Assembly (NCBI GenBank): GCA_943355005.1
Contig: CALRDV010000001.1
Span: 92,632 to 156,631 of the forward strand
DNA length: 64,000 bases
DNA from: Patescibacteria group bacterium
GTDB lineage: Bacteria > Patescibacteriota > Microgenomatia > UBA1400 > MFAQ01
Direction: 5' to 3'
Both the position numbers and the translations under genes were made by a program. Below the pieces are notes generated by a model. That model was not told where the DNA came from. It saw nothing but the letters and a program-made list of their open reading frames with translations, and did no database searches. Shown one piece after another: positions 53,169 through 62,667 of the stretch; position 1 is the stretch's first letter, and each line of letters starts with the position of its first letter.

Positions 53169-53834
53169 ATGAAAAAACTCTTGATTGGTTTACTGGTTCT
53201 TGTAGTTTTAGTAGTTATTGGACTTAGTTACATTGGCTTCATGCCTGTTCTCTCCGGGCTTATAGCCAAGCAGGTCGATCTGGGGGTAAAAGTTGATCCC
53301 ACTTTTGTTTCCGCATTTGAGTCCAAATATGGCACATCCAGTGCTACGGGTAAGGTGGATTTAAATGTTGAATTGTCCAGTCAAGAAGTTACTTCCATTT
53401 TTGCTACTTGGGAAGCCAGGGACAAATTCTTTCCTTTACACAATGTCCAAATTAGATTCAATCCCGATGGTACCGGCGAGGCATCTGGCTTTCTAAAAGT
53501 CTCTACTGCAGTTTCTCTCGCCAAGAATCTTGGCTACTCAGACTCCGATATAGAAAAAGGTAAAAAGTATGTCCAGTTTGTCGCAGGGGATCTACCTTTC
53601 TATGTCAAAGGTAAGGGTGGCATGAATAACAATGTCCTGTCGATTGACCCTTCCACTTTTCAGCTAGGACGAGTTACGGTCCCTGACTCCATCACCAAGC
53701 CGGCTGCCTCAGCCGTGTCAGACATGATTGAACGTCGGATAAATCAAATTGGGGGTGCCGATATCAAAGAGGCAGATTTTAAGTCCGGTGCTCTCAAATT
53801 AGTTGGTACCGTCCCGGCCACGATAAAATACTAG
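53169..53834 (+). CDS. Hypothetical membrane-anchored protein.
   Basis: N-terminal TM 'LLIGLLVLVVLVVIGLSYIGF'. Confidence 0.45.
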   Translation: MKKLLIGLLVLVVLVVIGLSYIGFMPVLSGLIAKQVDLGVKVDPTFVSAFESKYGTSSATGKVDLNVELSSQEVTSIFATWEARDKFFPLHNVQIRFNPDGTGEASGFLKVSTAVSLAKNLGYSDSDIEKGKKYVQFVAGDLPFYVKGKGGMNNNVLSIDPSTFQLGRVTVPDSITKPAASAVSDMIERRINQIGGADIKEADFKSGALKLVGTVPATIKY

Positions 53835-53852
53835 AAAAAGTAAAATTACTTT

Positions 53853-54272
53853 CTATTTTTGCAACATCTCGATCATTGGTCCAATATAGTAATCTTTCCA
53901 GCCTTGACTGATGTCTTTTACTTCTTCGTTCGGTACATCTGTTTGAATTAGATCCAGCTCGGTCACTCCTTCTTTTCCTATCAGGATCAACGTAAGTATC
54001 GAAGGTTTCTCCCATTTACCACCAAACCATTCCTGGACCAATTTTTTCTCTTTTACCACTTCAATATTCTTCCCATAAATATCCCCGCCCCAAAGCGAAA
54101 ATTTGGTCCCCACCTTTTCGTTCATTTTTGCCGGTCCGGCTCCCAAATCTGCAATTATTTTGGGGTTCACCAACGCTTGCCAAACTTCCGAGACCGGTGC
54201 TTTAATTTCGTATTTTTGGTTTATGGACTTCATATGAATATTATATTCAAAAAAATCAAAAATTAATTTCAA
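53853..54272 (-). CDS. SRPBCC (AHSA1 / polyketide-cyclase-like) domain protein.
   Basis: 'YEIKAPVSEVWQALVNPKIIA...WGG' is typical of Aha1/SRPBCC. Confidence 0.6.
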   Translation of the reverse strand: MKLIFDFFEYNIHMKSINQKYEIKAPVSEVWQALVNPKIIADLGAGPAKMNEKVGTKFSLWGGDIYGKNIEVVKEKKLVQEWFGGKWEKPSILTLILIGKEGVTELDLIQTDVPNEEVKDISQGWKDYYIGPMIEMLQK

Positions 54273-54946
54273 CTAAATATTTTTAGAATCACATCATTGA
54301 AGAAAGAGTGGACAATTAAACTTTTAGTTTTTTTATCCGCTCTACCGGGGATCTCAGGCAGAAGATACTCAGGAGAAATACGTCTATTTAGTACCCAAGC
54401 AGAAATAGTGCCATCATCTTTTTCATTCCCCGGGAATATCATCTTGTTGTAGCCGTCAACAAACTCAAAACCTAGACTTGTGTCCTCGATGTCATCAATC
54501 CCGGTAAGTAAAGTAACTCCATTTTTTTTCAGTATTTCATTATGAGCCAGCGCTAGTTCATGTCTATCTTTTCTATAGCCTACATCATATATGTAATAGT
54601 CATTTAGCTCCGGGTCTTCGTGGAAGGAAACAAACAAATCGAATTTTTGGTCCTTAATCACTTCAATATTGGCTTGCACTTCCGGGTCCTTTGAGTCGGA
54701 AAAAAACATTCGGTTCATGTCGTGACCCATATTATTTATTCTGGTTTTTTGGTCCACTGCAGTAGGGGATACTTCAGGGACAAAAATAAATGATGGAAGT
54801 TCTGCTTCATATTTATACAAGCATTCCATCACGAAATCAGTCACTTCAAATTCATCCCCATGAGTTCCTGAATGTATTAATAATTTTGGATTCTCCCCGG
54901 AGACAAAATATGCGAATTTTCCACCGTCAATGACTATTTTTTTCAC
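54269..54946 (-). CDS. M14-like zinc carboxypeptidase / succinylglutamate desuccinylase-aspartoacylase family protein.
   Basis: 'LLIHSGTHGDEFE' (HxxE zinc motif); 'FVSFHED'. Confidence 0.45.
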   Translation of the reverse strand: MKKIVIDGGKFAYFVSGENPKLLIHSGTHGDEFEVTDFVMECLYKYEAELPSFIFVPEVSPTAVDQKTRINNMGHDMNRMFFSDSKDPEVQANIEVIKDQKFDLFVSFHEDPELNDYYIYDVGYRKDRHELALAHNEILKKNGVTLLTGIDDIEDTSLGFEFVDGYNKMIFPGNEKDDGTISAWVLNRRISPEYLLPEIPGRADKKTKSLIVHSFFNDVILKIFS

Positions 54947-54990
54947 TCCTATATTCTACCAGCCTCATCACTTAACTATAAAATTTTGTA

Positions 54991-55890
54991 TCAATTTACC
55001 TCTTTAGATCCTTCCAGATTTTTTCTAGCTGTTATTGCCTCTTCAACAATCGCACCCATTTCACCCCTGAACCATCTTTGTTGAGGCTTACCTGTAGATG
55101 GTAACACTGGGGGGTTGACTTGATGAAATCTAGAAAGAGTTTTCTGTTCGTCCAATATCATGGATCCAAGCTGAAACTCTACAGTATCTTGACCTTTTGC
55201 ACTATGTGATGGGTGTATGGTAATTTTCATTGCTTGTACCCGACCTTTTTTTATGGTTGGAATAGCGGCATAGAAATCTCCTTCTTCTCTAAGAAGGTTG
55301 CTAAAAATAGTATATTGTGGAAATTCTGCTAAAAATACTTTTACTGCAGCTTCAGCAATCATTGCATTTGATTCGTTAATTATTTTTTTTCTTTCTAGTT
55401 CGTCAGTAAATAAGTTAGTCAAATATTCAAAATAACCCAACCTATCTGCTTGTTGAATAATTTCTACCACTTTAGCATAGCCTTTCTTTCGCATATCTAT
55501 TTTTTTGATTCTTCCTTTTTCTATCGAATCTTCCAGTTTCTTGATTTCCTCTTTCAGAACAGCGTCACCACCATTTTCAACAAACCAATCCAAAAAAGTA
55601 TCCGAGAGAACATTGTTTTCCATACTCCAATTTTCCGATGATTCTTTAGCTCGAACTCCAACGTGAACCTCTTCAAGTGTTCCATCATGAAAATCCTCAG
55701 AATGAAGTATTGTTTCAATAGGGAGAAAATCAGCTCCACTATCTCTTGAGTAATATCTTTCCCGTCCGCGACTTATTGGGTCTGGAATAAATCTCAATGC
55801 TTTAGCCATTTCGATAGGAGAATTAATCTTTTTGGGTGTTCGTTCGTCTTCTGCTGCAGGATATTCGTCGTGTTCTTTCATAATGCTCAA
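54991..55890 (-). CDS. Hypothetical protein (299 aa).
   Basis: ORF only. Confidence 0.4.
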   Translation of the reverse strand: MSIMKEHDEYPAAEDERTPKKINSPIEMAKALRFIPDPISRGRERYYSRDSGADFLPIETILHSEDFHDGTLEEVHVGVRAKESSENWSMENNVLSDTFLDWFVENGGDAVLKEEIKKLEDSIEKGRIKKIDMRKKGYAKVVEIIQQADRLGYFEYLTNLFTDELERKKIINESNAMIAEAAVKVFLAEFPQYTIFSNLLREEGDFYAAIPTIKKGRVQAMKITIHPSHSAKGQDTVEFQLGSMILDEQKTLSRFHQVNPPVLPSTGKPQQRWFRGEMGAIVEEAITARKNLEGSKEVN

Positions 55891-55910
55891 TTATATCCCT
55901 ATCAGACCAT

Positions 55911-56363
55911 CTACTCGCCCCACCCGCTGGCCGAGAAAGCCACTCCATTTTTGTAATTATTCAAAACCTCATGAATGTAAGGCAAAATGTTATCCGGCAA
56001 ATTATCCAAATAGAACCATGTCAGAGAGTCGCATTTATCGGGTTCCCCGATAACGATTTCTCCATCCCATTTTGTAATTATAAAAAAGAAATCTATGTAC
56101 TCGGCATCAGGCGACTTACGGTGCAATACTGTAACGGGCATTAAGTCCTCTTTTTTGACCACAATTACGGCTTCCTCATAAGCTTCTCTAATCATGGCGT
56201 CATTCACGGATTCGTTTCCATCCAAGTGTCCGGAAATTAAACTGTACATCCCATCCATCCAACCGGTATTAAATCTGCGAGAAAGCAAAATTTGATTATC
56301 TTTCAGTGGGATTAAATATGTGGCCGATTTGACGGTAAATCTTTCCGTTTGACTCATTGCCAA
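55911..56363 (-). CDS. NUDIX hydrolase.
   Basis: Nudix box 'SGHLDGNESVNDAMIREAYEEAVIVV'. Confidence 0.6.
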   Translation of the reverse strand: MAMSQTERFTVKSATYLIPLKDNQILLSRRFNTGWMDGMYSLISGHLDGNESVNDAMIREAYEEAVIVVKKEDLMPVTVLHRKSPDAEYIDFFFIITKWDGEIVIGEPDKCDSLTWFYLDNLPDNILPYIHEVLNNYKNGVAFSASGWGE

Positions 56364-56413
56364 AGTATATCAAGAAAACTTCCAATAGCATCAATCAAGC
56401 ACTAAAATAAAAA

Positions 56414-57574
56414 TCAGTTAGATGTCGGGCTGTTTTCTGTTCTAGTGTAAAAGAATAAAATGAAGATAATAATCAGGGCGGGGATTAATGCAAATAAGTA
56501 ACTGACCTTCAAAATGATTAAAGATAAGGGGACTAAAATTGCAGCGCCCAATCCGGAGATAAAACTACTACTTGAAAGGCTCAAAGCCCGATCTTTTGAT
56601 GAAAAGAATTCGTTTAGTATTGTGGGTACGATGTGATTCCTCGCGGTCCATGAAAGATCAAAGACTATGCCAAAAGCAATTGCAAAGATTAGGGAGTTGG
56701 TTAATCCAAATAAGATAAAAGCAATTATTGGTAGCAAAGAATAAAGTATTAAGCTGTAACTTTTGTTCTTAAACACAATTTTTGGCAAGATCGCAAGGAG
56801 GGCAGACATCAATCCAAGGTTGATAGTATCCAAAACTCCCAGATATTTGATATCTAATCCCAAGCTATTAATTTTTGGTGCGTATAAAGTCTGATAAAAA
56901 ATGATAACGATAGTCAGCAATAAGATATCCATTAATAGCAGCATTCTCACATTCTTATTTTTGACAATAGATTTGACACCATCAAATATTTCAATTGCAT
57001 TACCCACTTCACTTGGTTTCTTTTGCTCATCAAAACGTAATATATAGAATGCTAGAAATAAATGGGGGATAGCGGTCAAGAGGAAAGGAATACCTGTATT
57101 TATCACGTATAAAAGTGGACCAACAAATGAAGCTAATCCTCCTGCAATAGTTCCTAGTGTTGATCCTCTGGAAGATACTTTTAAATATTCAGATTCACTG
57201 GCTGACTGTTTTAGGTCATCGTAGATTAAAGATTCTGTCGCGCCACTCTTAAGTGCCTGAGCCAAACCCATCAAAAATGAAATTAGTAGCAAATTGTAGA
57301 AGTTGCTAACAAATATAAGTCCTAAAAATGCCAGTGAACTAACGAAAAAACCGATTGACACGGATACTCTTCTGGAAAACTTGTCAGCAACATATCCGGT
57401 GGGAATTTCCATGATAGTTGCACATATGGAAGTTGCACTCGCAAAAATACCCAGTTGAATTGGCGTAATTCCCTTGCTCAGCAAATAAATCGCTTGTAGG
57501 GCATAAATAAAATAAAAGCCATTAATAAATCTCCAAATATAATATTTAAAAATATTTGGAGAAAGATTCTTCAT
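56414..57574 (-). CDS. MFS-type transporter.
   Basis: 12 TM helices; 'GYVADKFSRR' loop motif between TM2 and TM3. Confidence 0.65.
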   Translation of the reverse strand: MKNLSPNIFKYYIWRFINGFYFIYALQAIYLLSKGITPIQLGIFASATSICATIMEIPTGYVADKFSRRVSVSIGFFVSSLAFLGLIFVSNFYNLLLISFLMGLAQALKSGATESLIYDDLKQSASESEYLKVSSRGSTLGTIAGGLASFVGPLLYVINTGIPFLLTAIPHLFLAFYILRFDEQKKPSEVGNAIEIFDGVKSIVKNKNVRMLLLMDILLLTIVIIFYQTLYAPKINSLGLDIKYLGVLDTINLGLMSALLAILPKIVFKNKSYSLILYSLLPIIAFILFGLTNSLIFAIAFGIVFDLSWTARNHIVPTILNEFFSSKDRALSLSSSSFISGLGAAILVPLSLIILKVSYLFALIPALIIIFILFFYTRTENSPTSN

Positions 57575-57602
57575 AAGTAATTCTATCCCTCTTGTGAAAC
57601 TT

Positions 57603-58115
57603 TTATATTCCAGTTTCTTTAAGAATTTTTCTTATTGTTGTCTGGAGACTACTTGTCTCTCTGATTATCTTTTCTCCTTCTACTCTCAACAAGTCGTTCT
57701 TTCTATACCAGCTTCGAATTTCCTTCTCACCAAACTCATGTGAGTCGGGTTTAGTCTTGTGCCTGCGCAGTGTTTCCTCAAGCGAGACATCAAAGTAATA
57801 TACAAAATGGTTTGGTGTCATTTTAAGCAAGTTTTTAATCATCGAGCCATATCTCGGAGAATATAAAATTCCCTCAAGGATCACATCATAGCCGTGGAAT
57901 AACGAGAATTTCACAACTTCTTTTATTAGTCGAATGTTGTCTCCACCTGATTTTTCCTTTTCTTTAAGGACTATTCTTCTCAAATAATCTTGTTCCACAA
58001 GTGCAATTTTGTTCTCTTTGTCTGAATTCTCCCGTAACTCTCTCGCTAGAGTGCTTTTCCCTGATCCGGAATTTCCTCTCAAAACAATTAGCTTATTGGC
58101 ATATTTCTTTACCAT
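57603..58115 (-). CDS. P-loop kinase (AAA_33 / zeta-toxin-like small kinase).
   Basis: Walker A 'LRGNSGSGKSTLA'; about 170 aa. Confidence 0.55.
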   Translation of the reverse strand: MVKKYANKLIVLRGNSGSGKSTLARELRENSDKENKIALVEQDYLRRIVLKEKEKSGGDNIRLIKEVVKFSLFHGYDVILEGILYSPRYGSMIKNLLKMTPNHFVYYFDVSLEETLRRHKTKPDSHEFGEKEIRSWYRKNDLLRVEGEKIIRETSSLQTTIRKILKETGI

Positions 58116-58147
58116 GACTCAATTTACCACGAGTAACTTTTTCAATG

Positions 58148-58164
58148 TTGCCGAGCCTGGACTC
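58148..58164 (-). repeat. 17-nt partial duplicate of the tRNA-Gln 3' end (GAGTCCnnGCTCGGCAA); possible att-site remnant.
   Basis: ttgccgagcctggactc here versus ttgccgagctaggactc at 59057-59073. Confidence 0.5.
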
Positions 58165-58212
58165 CTTTCGATAAAGTTCTGCTGAACTTTTCTCAAGACC
58201 TGGCTTCCCAAG

Positions 58213-58245
58213 ATCGTTACGAGCTTGGGTCCGCCCTTCGAGTCC
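58213..58245 (+). repeat. Copy 1 of a 33-bp direct repeat (ATCGTTACGAGyTTGGsTCCGyCCTTCGAGTCC).
   Basis: atcgttacgagcttgggtccgcccttcgagtcc; second copy at 58973-59005. Confidence 0.6.
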
Positions 58246-58326
58246 AGTCATAATTAACATTAAAAAACTCCCGCTATGGGAAAATAGCAAGATTTTTATC
58301 ATCAAGGCGAAATTAAAAGTCAAATC

Positions 58327-58915
58327 TTAAAAAGGCTCTTTGTCGCCAATTAAGATACTTTCAATTAGATTACTATCAGTGTTAATTTGAAGCGAAATCG
58401 CGTTCTGGTTATTAGTAGTACCTTTTTGGTTGAAGAACATGATATCGACCAAGCTCTTATCAGTGTTGTTGATAAAACCAAAATAGCGATAATTGTTTTC
58501 TAAAATTAGAAATGATAAAAATTCAAAAAAATCTTTTTCTGAAATATATCGGTATTCACTTGCAGGTTGTCCTATCTTGTAATAACTGTCGACACTCTCG
58601 TCTTCCGTTGGTAATACAATATTGTCACAATTATATACATCAGGATCACAATTGTTATTTGTAAGATGTGACTCGTCATAAGAGAATGATTTTGTATGGC
58701 TAATAATCGCTGTTAGATCATCCGAATTCAGCACTTGATCATCTAGAACAGTTCTTAATTCCTGTGATTTGATGAACTGACTCGCGATGATCCATGAACG
58801 ATTTGTTTTCACTATCGAATACAGGCTAGAAGCAAAGAAACCTACCAAAATTATTGAAAGAACTAAATAAAAATATTTTTTACCACCTTGCTTTTTGTGG
58901 ACATTTGTGGGCATA
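58327..58915 (-). CDS. Hypothetical membrane-anchored protein. I chose ATG 58915 as the start; the listed TTG-extended start runs into a repeat.
   Basis: TM 'FYLVLSIILVGFFASSLYSIV'. Confidence 0.4.
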
Positions 58916-58972
58916 TTATTTAGTCTAGCATGGATTTTGTTTGCGACTGGGAATAGAACCCAGCTCGTCAAA

Positions 58973-59005
58973 ATCGTTACGAGTTTGGCTCCGTCCTTCG
59001 AGTCC
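58973..59005 (+). repeat. Copy 2 of the 33-bp direct repeat.
   Basis: atcgttacgagtttggctccgtccttcgagtcc. Confidence 0.6.
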
Positions 59006-59020
59006 TACTCGATATTAAAT

Positions 59021-59047
59021 AAAAAATCACTCCACAAGGGAGTGATC
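59021..59047 (-). terminator. Rho-independent terminator downstream of tRNA-Gln (minus strand).
   Basis: Minus strand reads aaagatcactcccttgtggagtgatttttt. Confidence 0.65.
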
Positions 59048-59056
59048 TTTCATTTG

Positions 59057-59128
59057 TTGCCGAGCTAGGACTCGAACCTAGAATATTCGCCTCCAGAGGG
59101 CGACGTCCTACCATTAGACGACTCGGCA
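59057..59128 (-). tRNA. tRNA-Gln (anticodon CUG), 72 nt, no encoded CCA.
   Basis: Hand fold: acceptor UGCCGAG/CUCGGCA (U1-A72), D-arm GUCU-AAUGGUA-GGAC, anticodon stem UCGCC/GGCGA with loop CUCUGGA, T-arm CUAGG-UUCGAGU-CCUAG. Confidence 0.8.
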
Positions 59129-59167
59129 AAATTCAACCTACGAGCTATATTTTACCCCATCTTAGGC

Positions 59168-59947
59168 TTATTTATTCCTTTCGTTACGGACAAATATGAG
59201 TGTTCCGGCCACAATCATCACTACTGCCATGCCCAAAACCACCATCAGGTTCGTGCCCATGCTGTTTATGACTACTTTGTCGTATGCCGGGTTCCCTATA
59301 TAGTAGATGCTTCGAACTAGGTCTACAGCGTATGTCATGGGAGAAATTCTGGAAAGCACAAGCAGATAGATTGGAAGCTCTTTGATAGGCGAAAACACAC
59401 CGGAAAGAAAAAACTGGGGGAATATCAAGAAGGGGAATATTTGGTTAGCTTGTTTCTGGTTTGAAAGATTTGCCATCACTAGAACACCGAAGGCGCCACC
59501 AAGAAGTGTAATTAGCGGAACGACGGCTAGAATCCCTAGTAGTTGAGGCCAAGTAAATGGTATTCGGAAAATAAATGCCATCAGTCCAATTCCCAAAAGT
59601 TGCACTGTCGCCACCATAGACTCACCAATTATTTTACCGAGGATTATGATATATCGAGACACCGGAGCGATAAACATACTCTGAGAAAAATCATTTTCCC
59701 GGTCTTCAATTAATGAAATTAACCCCGAGGCGGTAGACTGAAACAAGTTTTGGCCTATGACTCCAAGATAAACAAAAGTCAGGAAGCTATATCCGACGTC
59801 GGCAGACAAATTAGAATTCAAACTGTTCCCCAGCACTCCAACAAATACCAGAGGAAATATCAAGGAAGCCAAAATTCGGCCACGATCTCTTAATAGTTTT
59901 GTCAAATCTCGAACAGCAATTACCAGTAGGGCATTAAACGTTTTCAT
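59168..59947 (-). CDS. ABC-2 type transporter permease.
   Basis: 6 TM helices; ABC-2 membrane-domain layout; overlaps and follows the ATPase gene. Confidence 0.7.
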   Translation of the reverse strand: MKTFNALLVIAVRDLTKLLRDRGRILASLIFPLVFVGVLGNSLNSNLSADVGYSFLTFVYLGVIGQNLFQSTASGLISLIEDRENDFSQSMFIAPVSRYIIILGKIIGESMVATVQLLGIGLMAFIFRIPFTWPQLLGILAVVPLITLLGGAFGVLVMANLSNQKQANQIFPFLIFPQFFLSGVFSPIKELPIYLLVLSRISPMTYAVDLVRSIYYIGNPAYDKVVINSMGTNLMVVLGMAVVMIVAGTLIFVRNERNK

Positions 59948-60887
59948 TTTTCGGTTCGTTGTTGATTATTTCCAGATAAGCTTCTTCAAGGGTGGGAGTG
60001 TGGAGTTTTATGTTGGTTATCTTAGTTTTCAAGTCGCTGAGTACGCCTTGTACTTGATTATTTTTAAGCCTAATTTTAAAACTCTCATGTTCCTCGAAGC
60101 TTAGCTTCATTTTTTGAAGCTCTTTCCTTAGCGATTCTTTGTCTTGGGTCTCTACTTCCAGATAATCATCGACTAGATCTTTTTTAATCTCATTTGGTGT
60201 TCCCAGTGAGACTACTTTTCCTTCATCGATAATGCAAATTCTGTCAGATCCTTCAGCCTCCTCAAGGTAATGAGTAGTTAAGAATAGTGTTAGTTCACCT
60301 TTTTTTCTAACCTCAGATAAGTACTGCCATAAGTTTTTACGCGAAAGTGGATCAAGTCCTGTTGTGGGCTCATCAAGAAATAAAAGTTTTGGTCTGTGGA
60401 CCAGTCCCTTTACAATTTCCAATTTTCGCTTCATTCCACCAGAAAATGTCTTAATCGGATTGTGAATTTCTTTCCCGATACCTAGTACCTCAGAAAGCTC
60501 TTCTACTTTATCCCGGTATGCTTTCGGCATCATGGAAAAAAGTGGATAGTATGAATAAAGTCCATATAGCACGGCGTGGAATCTCACATTTTCTTCCGCA
60601 GTTAAGTTTTGGTCCAAGCTTTGATTCTGAAATATTACACCAATTTTGCGTCTTACTTGATCAGCATTTTCTTCTATCTCAAGACCATCCACTTTCACAC
60701 TCCCGGCTGTTTTTGAGAGAGTAGTGTTCAAAACCGAAATCGTCGTCGTCTTCCCGGCTCCATTTGGTCCGAGTAAAGTAAAGAATTCTCCTTCTTTTAC
60801 GTCAAAGCTTACTCCGTCCACCGCGTTTTGAGTCGCTTTCTTATATTTTTTTACTAGATTTCTAACTTCAATAATGTTATTTTTCAC
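59934..60887 (-). CDS. ABC transporter ATP-binding protein.
   Basis: Walker A 'GPNGAGKTT'; signature 'FSGGMKRKL'; Walker B 'LLFLDEPTTGLD'. Confidence 0.9.
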   Translation of the reverse strand: MKNNIIEVRNLVKKYKKATQNAVDGVSFDVKEGEFFTLLGPNGAGKTTTISVLNTTLSKTAGSVKVDGLEIEENADQVRRKIGVIFQNQSLDQNLTAEENVRFHAVLYGLYSYYPLFSMMPKAYRDKVEELSEVLGIGKEIHNPIKTFSGGMKRKLEIVKGLVHRPKLLFLDEPTTGLDPLSRKNLWQYLSEVRKKGELTLFLTTHYLEEAEGSDRICIIDEGKVVSLGTPNEIKKDLVDDYLEVETQDKESLRKELQKMKLSFEEHESFKIRLKNNQVQGVLSDLKTKITNIKLHTPTLEEAYLEIINNEPKNENV

Positions 60888-60928
60888 TCAAATCATTATA
60901 AGTGATGTGTAGGTTTCATACCATCCGC

Positions 60929-60954
60929 AAAAAAGCCTGCCGTATGGCAGGCTT
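60929..60954 (-). terminator. Rho-independent terminator (minus strand).
   Basis: Minus strand reads aagcctgccatacggcaggctttttt. Confidence 0.65.
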
Positions 60955-60958
60955 TGCT

Positions 60959-61405
60959 CTACTTAATTTCGAAAACAGCTTCCCATCCTTTATCCACTAA
61001 GTCTTTTCGAATTTTAGTCACGGTTTCGATTACATCGACGCCGTAAACTTCCTCCCACATTTCAAGCATCTCGTCCGGTACAAAGTCGGTCGGCAAGACT
61101 ATGTTTCCGCAAGAATACTCGTATATATTGCTGAACTCTACGCATAATAATGCCGTCCAACGAAGTCTTTCGACAGGACTTTTTGGTAGTAGTATGCATC
61201 CACTTACGTATAGGTCATGAAATAATGCCATGAGGGGCATATCTTCCCACCACGGATATCCAGGGTCATTTTCTTCAAGCCACTTGAGTCTCTCAATTAC
61301 TTCATCGCCCAGCTGTTGAATTTCCAGAGCCTCTTCAAGCACAAGTTTATTTTTTTTGTCGGGGAGTATTTGAGTAAAAAAGTCATCTACTATCTCAGTC
61401 TTCAC
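60959..61405 (-). CDS. Hypothetical protein (148 aa).
   Basis: ORF only. Confidence 0.4.
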   Translation of the reverse strand: MKTEIVDDFFTQILPDKKNKLVLEEALEIQQLGDEVIERLKWLEENDPGYPWWEDMPLMALFHDLYVSGCILLPKSPVERLRWTALLCVEFSNIYEYSCGNIVLPTDFVPDEMLEMWEEVYGVDVIETVTKIRKDLVDKGWEAVFEIK

Positions 61406-61438
61406 GCAAGCCTCCTTCTTACATTGATTAAAGTACCT

Positions 61439-61789
61439 TCATATTTTACTAGATGCAATAGCTACAGACGATTCAGCTTTTGAGTCTGCCTTCTTAATTA
61501 TTTCCACCATACCTTCAAATCTCTTTGCTCTGGAAGTACAGAAAAATTCACCGCAAACCTTGGGCCGTCCCTCATGAATGCTGCATTTGTTATCCACGAG
61601 GTAGACACAGCTGCCATCCTCTTTTTTGGCCAGTAGGTTAGCTCCGACTTCTTTAGCCAATTTAAAGTTGGATATTTTTCCATGTTCCTCGAGAATCGTT
61701 TTGTATTTTCCTGACTCGTATTCATTTTTGGTCAGATTTATATAGAACAGACGGCAACACAATCCGCAAGCGTTACAAGAGTTAGCCAT
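61439..61789 (-). CDS. YkgJ-family Cys-cluster (CxxCxxCC) protein.
   Basis: 'CNACGLCCRLF' plus downstream Cys residues. Confidence 0.6.
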   Translation of the reverse strand: MANSCNACGLCCRLFYINLTKNEYESGKYKTILEEHGKISNFKLAKEVGANLLAKKEDGSCVYLVDNKCSIHEGRPKVCGEFFCTSRAKRFEGMVEIIKKADSKAESSVAIASSKI

Positions 61790-61798
61790 ATACGTATT

Positions 61799-62602
61799 CT
61801 ACTTTCTAGCCACTATTATCCCGGTAGACCTGAGGCTCTCCAGCTCATCATCGGTAAAAGCAAAGTCGGTCTGCCATTTATTTTTTAAGTAGGGGATTGT
61901 CGATGATCTTTGAAACAGTACTTTCATTCCTAGCAAATTAAAAATCTGGTCGTACTCTTCGAAGCTTACCGGCACATAATTTTCCCTACATTCTCTATCC
62001 CAGTTGTCAGCATACATATATTTAAGCAGGAAGTGGTTCAGTCTCTTTACATTAACCACTTCTTTAAATATTTTTTCAAAATCAAAGAATAATATCTTTA
62101 CATCATTTTTGCCTTTTACTTTTTCAATCATCTCCGTTAACCAAAGTTGGGATTGACTGGCATAGTTGTACAAGATCATATCTCGAATGATAAGTGTCCC
62201 CTTAGCCTTCAATATTTCATGAGCATCGGCCAGCGCCTTGACTACAGTCGAGATTCCTTCACCATATGTATAAAATTCATGTAACACGGAACAAAACAAA
62301 ACCACGTCAAATCTATCCTTACCGGAAAGTCTTTCTCTTAGATATACATTCTCAAAGCTTACATTTTTCAGGCGTTCGCCTTTCTTTTTGGCCAATTCTA
62401 TGAAATCTCTATTCAGGTCTATTCCCACAAATTTTATCTCAGGAAACATCTCCGCCAGTGCTATAGTTATTGTCCCATCCGCACACCCGACGTCAAGTAC
62501 AGTCTTAGCACCCCGGGGGATATACTTGGCAACCTTCAATTTTTCCTGAAGAGGTTTACTCATCCTGCTCAAATATAGATCTTCGTTAGCAATTTCTTCC
62601 AT
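61799..62602 (-). CDS. SAM-dependent methyltransferase.
   Basis: Motif I 'VLDVGCADGTITIALAEMF'; 'DVVLFCSVLHEF'. Confidence 0.7.
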   Translation of the reverse strand: MEEIANEDLYLSRMSKPLQEKLKVAKYIPRGAKTVLDVGCADGTITIALAEMFPEIKFVGIDLNRDFIELAKKKGERLKNVSFENVYLRERLSGKDRFDVVLFCSVLHEFYTYGEGISTVVKALADAHEILKAKGTLIIRDMILYNYASQSQLWLTEMIEKVKGKNDVKILFFDFEKIFKEVVNVKRLNHFLLKYMYADNWDRECRENYVPVSFEEYDQIFNLLGMKVLFQRSSTIPYLKNKWQTDFAFTDDELESLRSTGIIVARK

Positions 62603-62631
62603 GTGGTTATTTTACTCCATAGCCATAAGTG

Positions 62632-62660
62632 TTGACAATACACTAAGTCTGGTATATAAC
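62632..62660 (+). promoter_or_regulatory. Sigma70-like promoter for pnuC (TTGACA-N17-TATAAC).
   Basis: ttgaca at 62632-62637; tataac at 62655-62660. Confidence 0.45.
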
Positions 62661-62667
62661 TTACACC

